A model generated the notes under the pieces. The model ran no database searches. It was not told where the DNA came from and saw nothing but the letters and a program-made list of their open reading frames with translations. Source: a virus (lineage: Duplodnaviria > Caudoviricetes). Taken from it: a stretch of DNA of 64,000 bases. Where the stretch lies: positions 47,726 to 111,725 of IMG/VR virus record IMGVR_UViG_2622736592_000004. One strand, 5' to 3'. This document shows, in pieces, positions 63,446-64,000 of the stretch. Both the position numbers and the translations under genes were made by a program. Each line of letters starts with the position of its first letter. The stretch's first letter is position 1.

Positions 63446-64000
63446 TTAGCTCAAGGTGAAGGTCACGTCGTCGACGTCGAAGGCCGTGACGCCGTTGCCG
63501 GCGGTTTCGCTGGCGAGGAAGCTGGCCGTCGCGGTGCGGTCGGTCGTCGCAGTCCCAGTCGACATGCTGTACTGCCGCCACTGCGACCCGCCGTCGAAGG
63601 CCAGCGAGAACCTCGTCTTCGGGGGTATCCCGGTGACTGCGAGGCCGACGTTCAGGTAGTCGCTGCGGCTGGTCTCCGTGGTGGTGGTCCGGACCCAGAA
63701 GCGGACCGTCAGGTCGCAGCCGGCCGGCACCGTGACGGTGGTGCGCAGCAGGTCGGAGTGTGTCACGTCCAGCCCGGCGAAGGCGGCGTACGCGAGGCCG
63801 GTGTGTGCGGGCCGGGCCGTGTCGCCGAGTACGACCATGCGGGGACCGACGGTCCAGCCGGTGGAGCCCAGCTCGAACCCCGGGTTCGCGTGGATCTGCC
63901 CGGTGCAGGGCGCGTCGGCCGTCGTCCGGTCGTGGGACGCGCCGCCCGTGGCGGCGAGCAGCAGGGCCGCAGCCCAGGCGGTGGTGATGAAGGCCTTCAT
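63446..64000 (-). CDS. Host secreted beta-sandwich (CBM-like) protein
   Basis: Signal peptide; 'NPGFE.G..GW', terminal 'FDVDDV'; outside the att site. Confidence 0.6.
   Translation of the reverse strand: MKAFITTAWAAALLLAATGGASHDRTTADAPCTGQIHANPGFELGSTGWTVGPRMVVLGDTARPAHTGLAYAAFAGLDVTHSDLLRTTVTVPAGCDLTVRFWVRTTTTETSRSDYLNVGLAVTGIPPKTRFSLAFDGGSQWRQYSMSTGTATTDRTATASFLASETAGNGVTAFDVDDVTFTLS

Noticed and set aside
1-64000. CRISPR array, reverse transcriptase/DGR/retron, lysis genes
   Set aside because: No spaced direct repeats, no YxDD RT ORF and no endolysin or holin motifs seen; the Cas4-like gene at 52652 is a phage recombination nuclease

Overview
High-GC actinomycete DNA (Micromonospora-like by gene content). 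Positions 1 to ~62,939 are a temperate siphovirus-type prophage read mostly on the minus strand. Its right end is a tyrosine integrase followed by the 3' half of a tRNA-Arg(CCT) att core (62,894-62,939), and host DNA follows. Right to left the modules are: integrase, repressor, cro, xis and Bro/ANT; small early genes; recombination genes (PD-(D/E)XK nuclease, Gp3/RDF-like, HNH, RusA-like); DUF5131 and WhiB; an IS200/IS605-type TnpB element; DnaN, an SF2 helicase, a replication initiator and DnaB; small genes; terminase, portal, protease/scaffold and capsid; an extra head/neck appendage cassette; then tail genes. Lysis genes and the left att site lie outside the window. Best candidates for new biology: (1) two paralogous 61-aa toxin-less Phd/YefM-fold genes, each in an identically spaced divergent promoter/operator cassette inside the early operon; (2) an intact 2H phosphoesterase (Acb1-like) embedded in the prohead protease/scaffold; (3) a TnpA-less TnpB element paired with an RHH repressor through mirror-symmetric leaderless promoters; (4) a virion appendage cassette with a GH26-like hydrolase and a 14-residue Trp-repeat fibre; (5) a self-promoted GIY-YIG-RHH moron. 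All family calls come from motif recognition by eye; no database searches were run.
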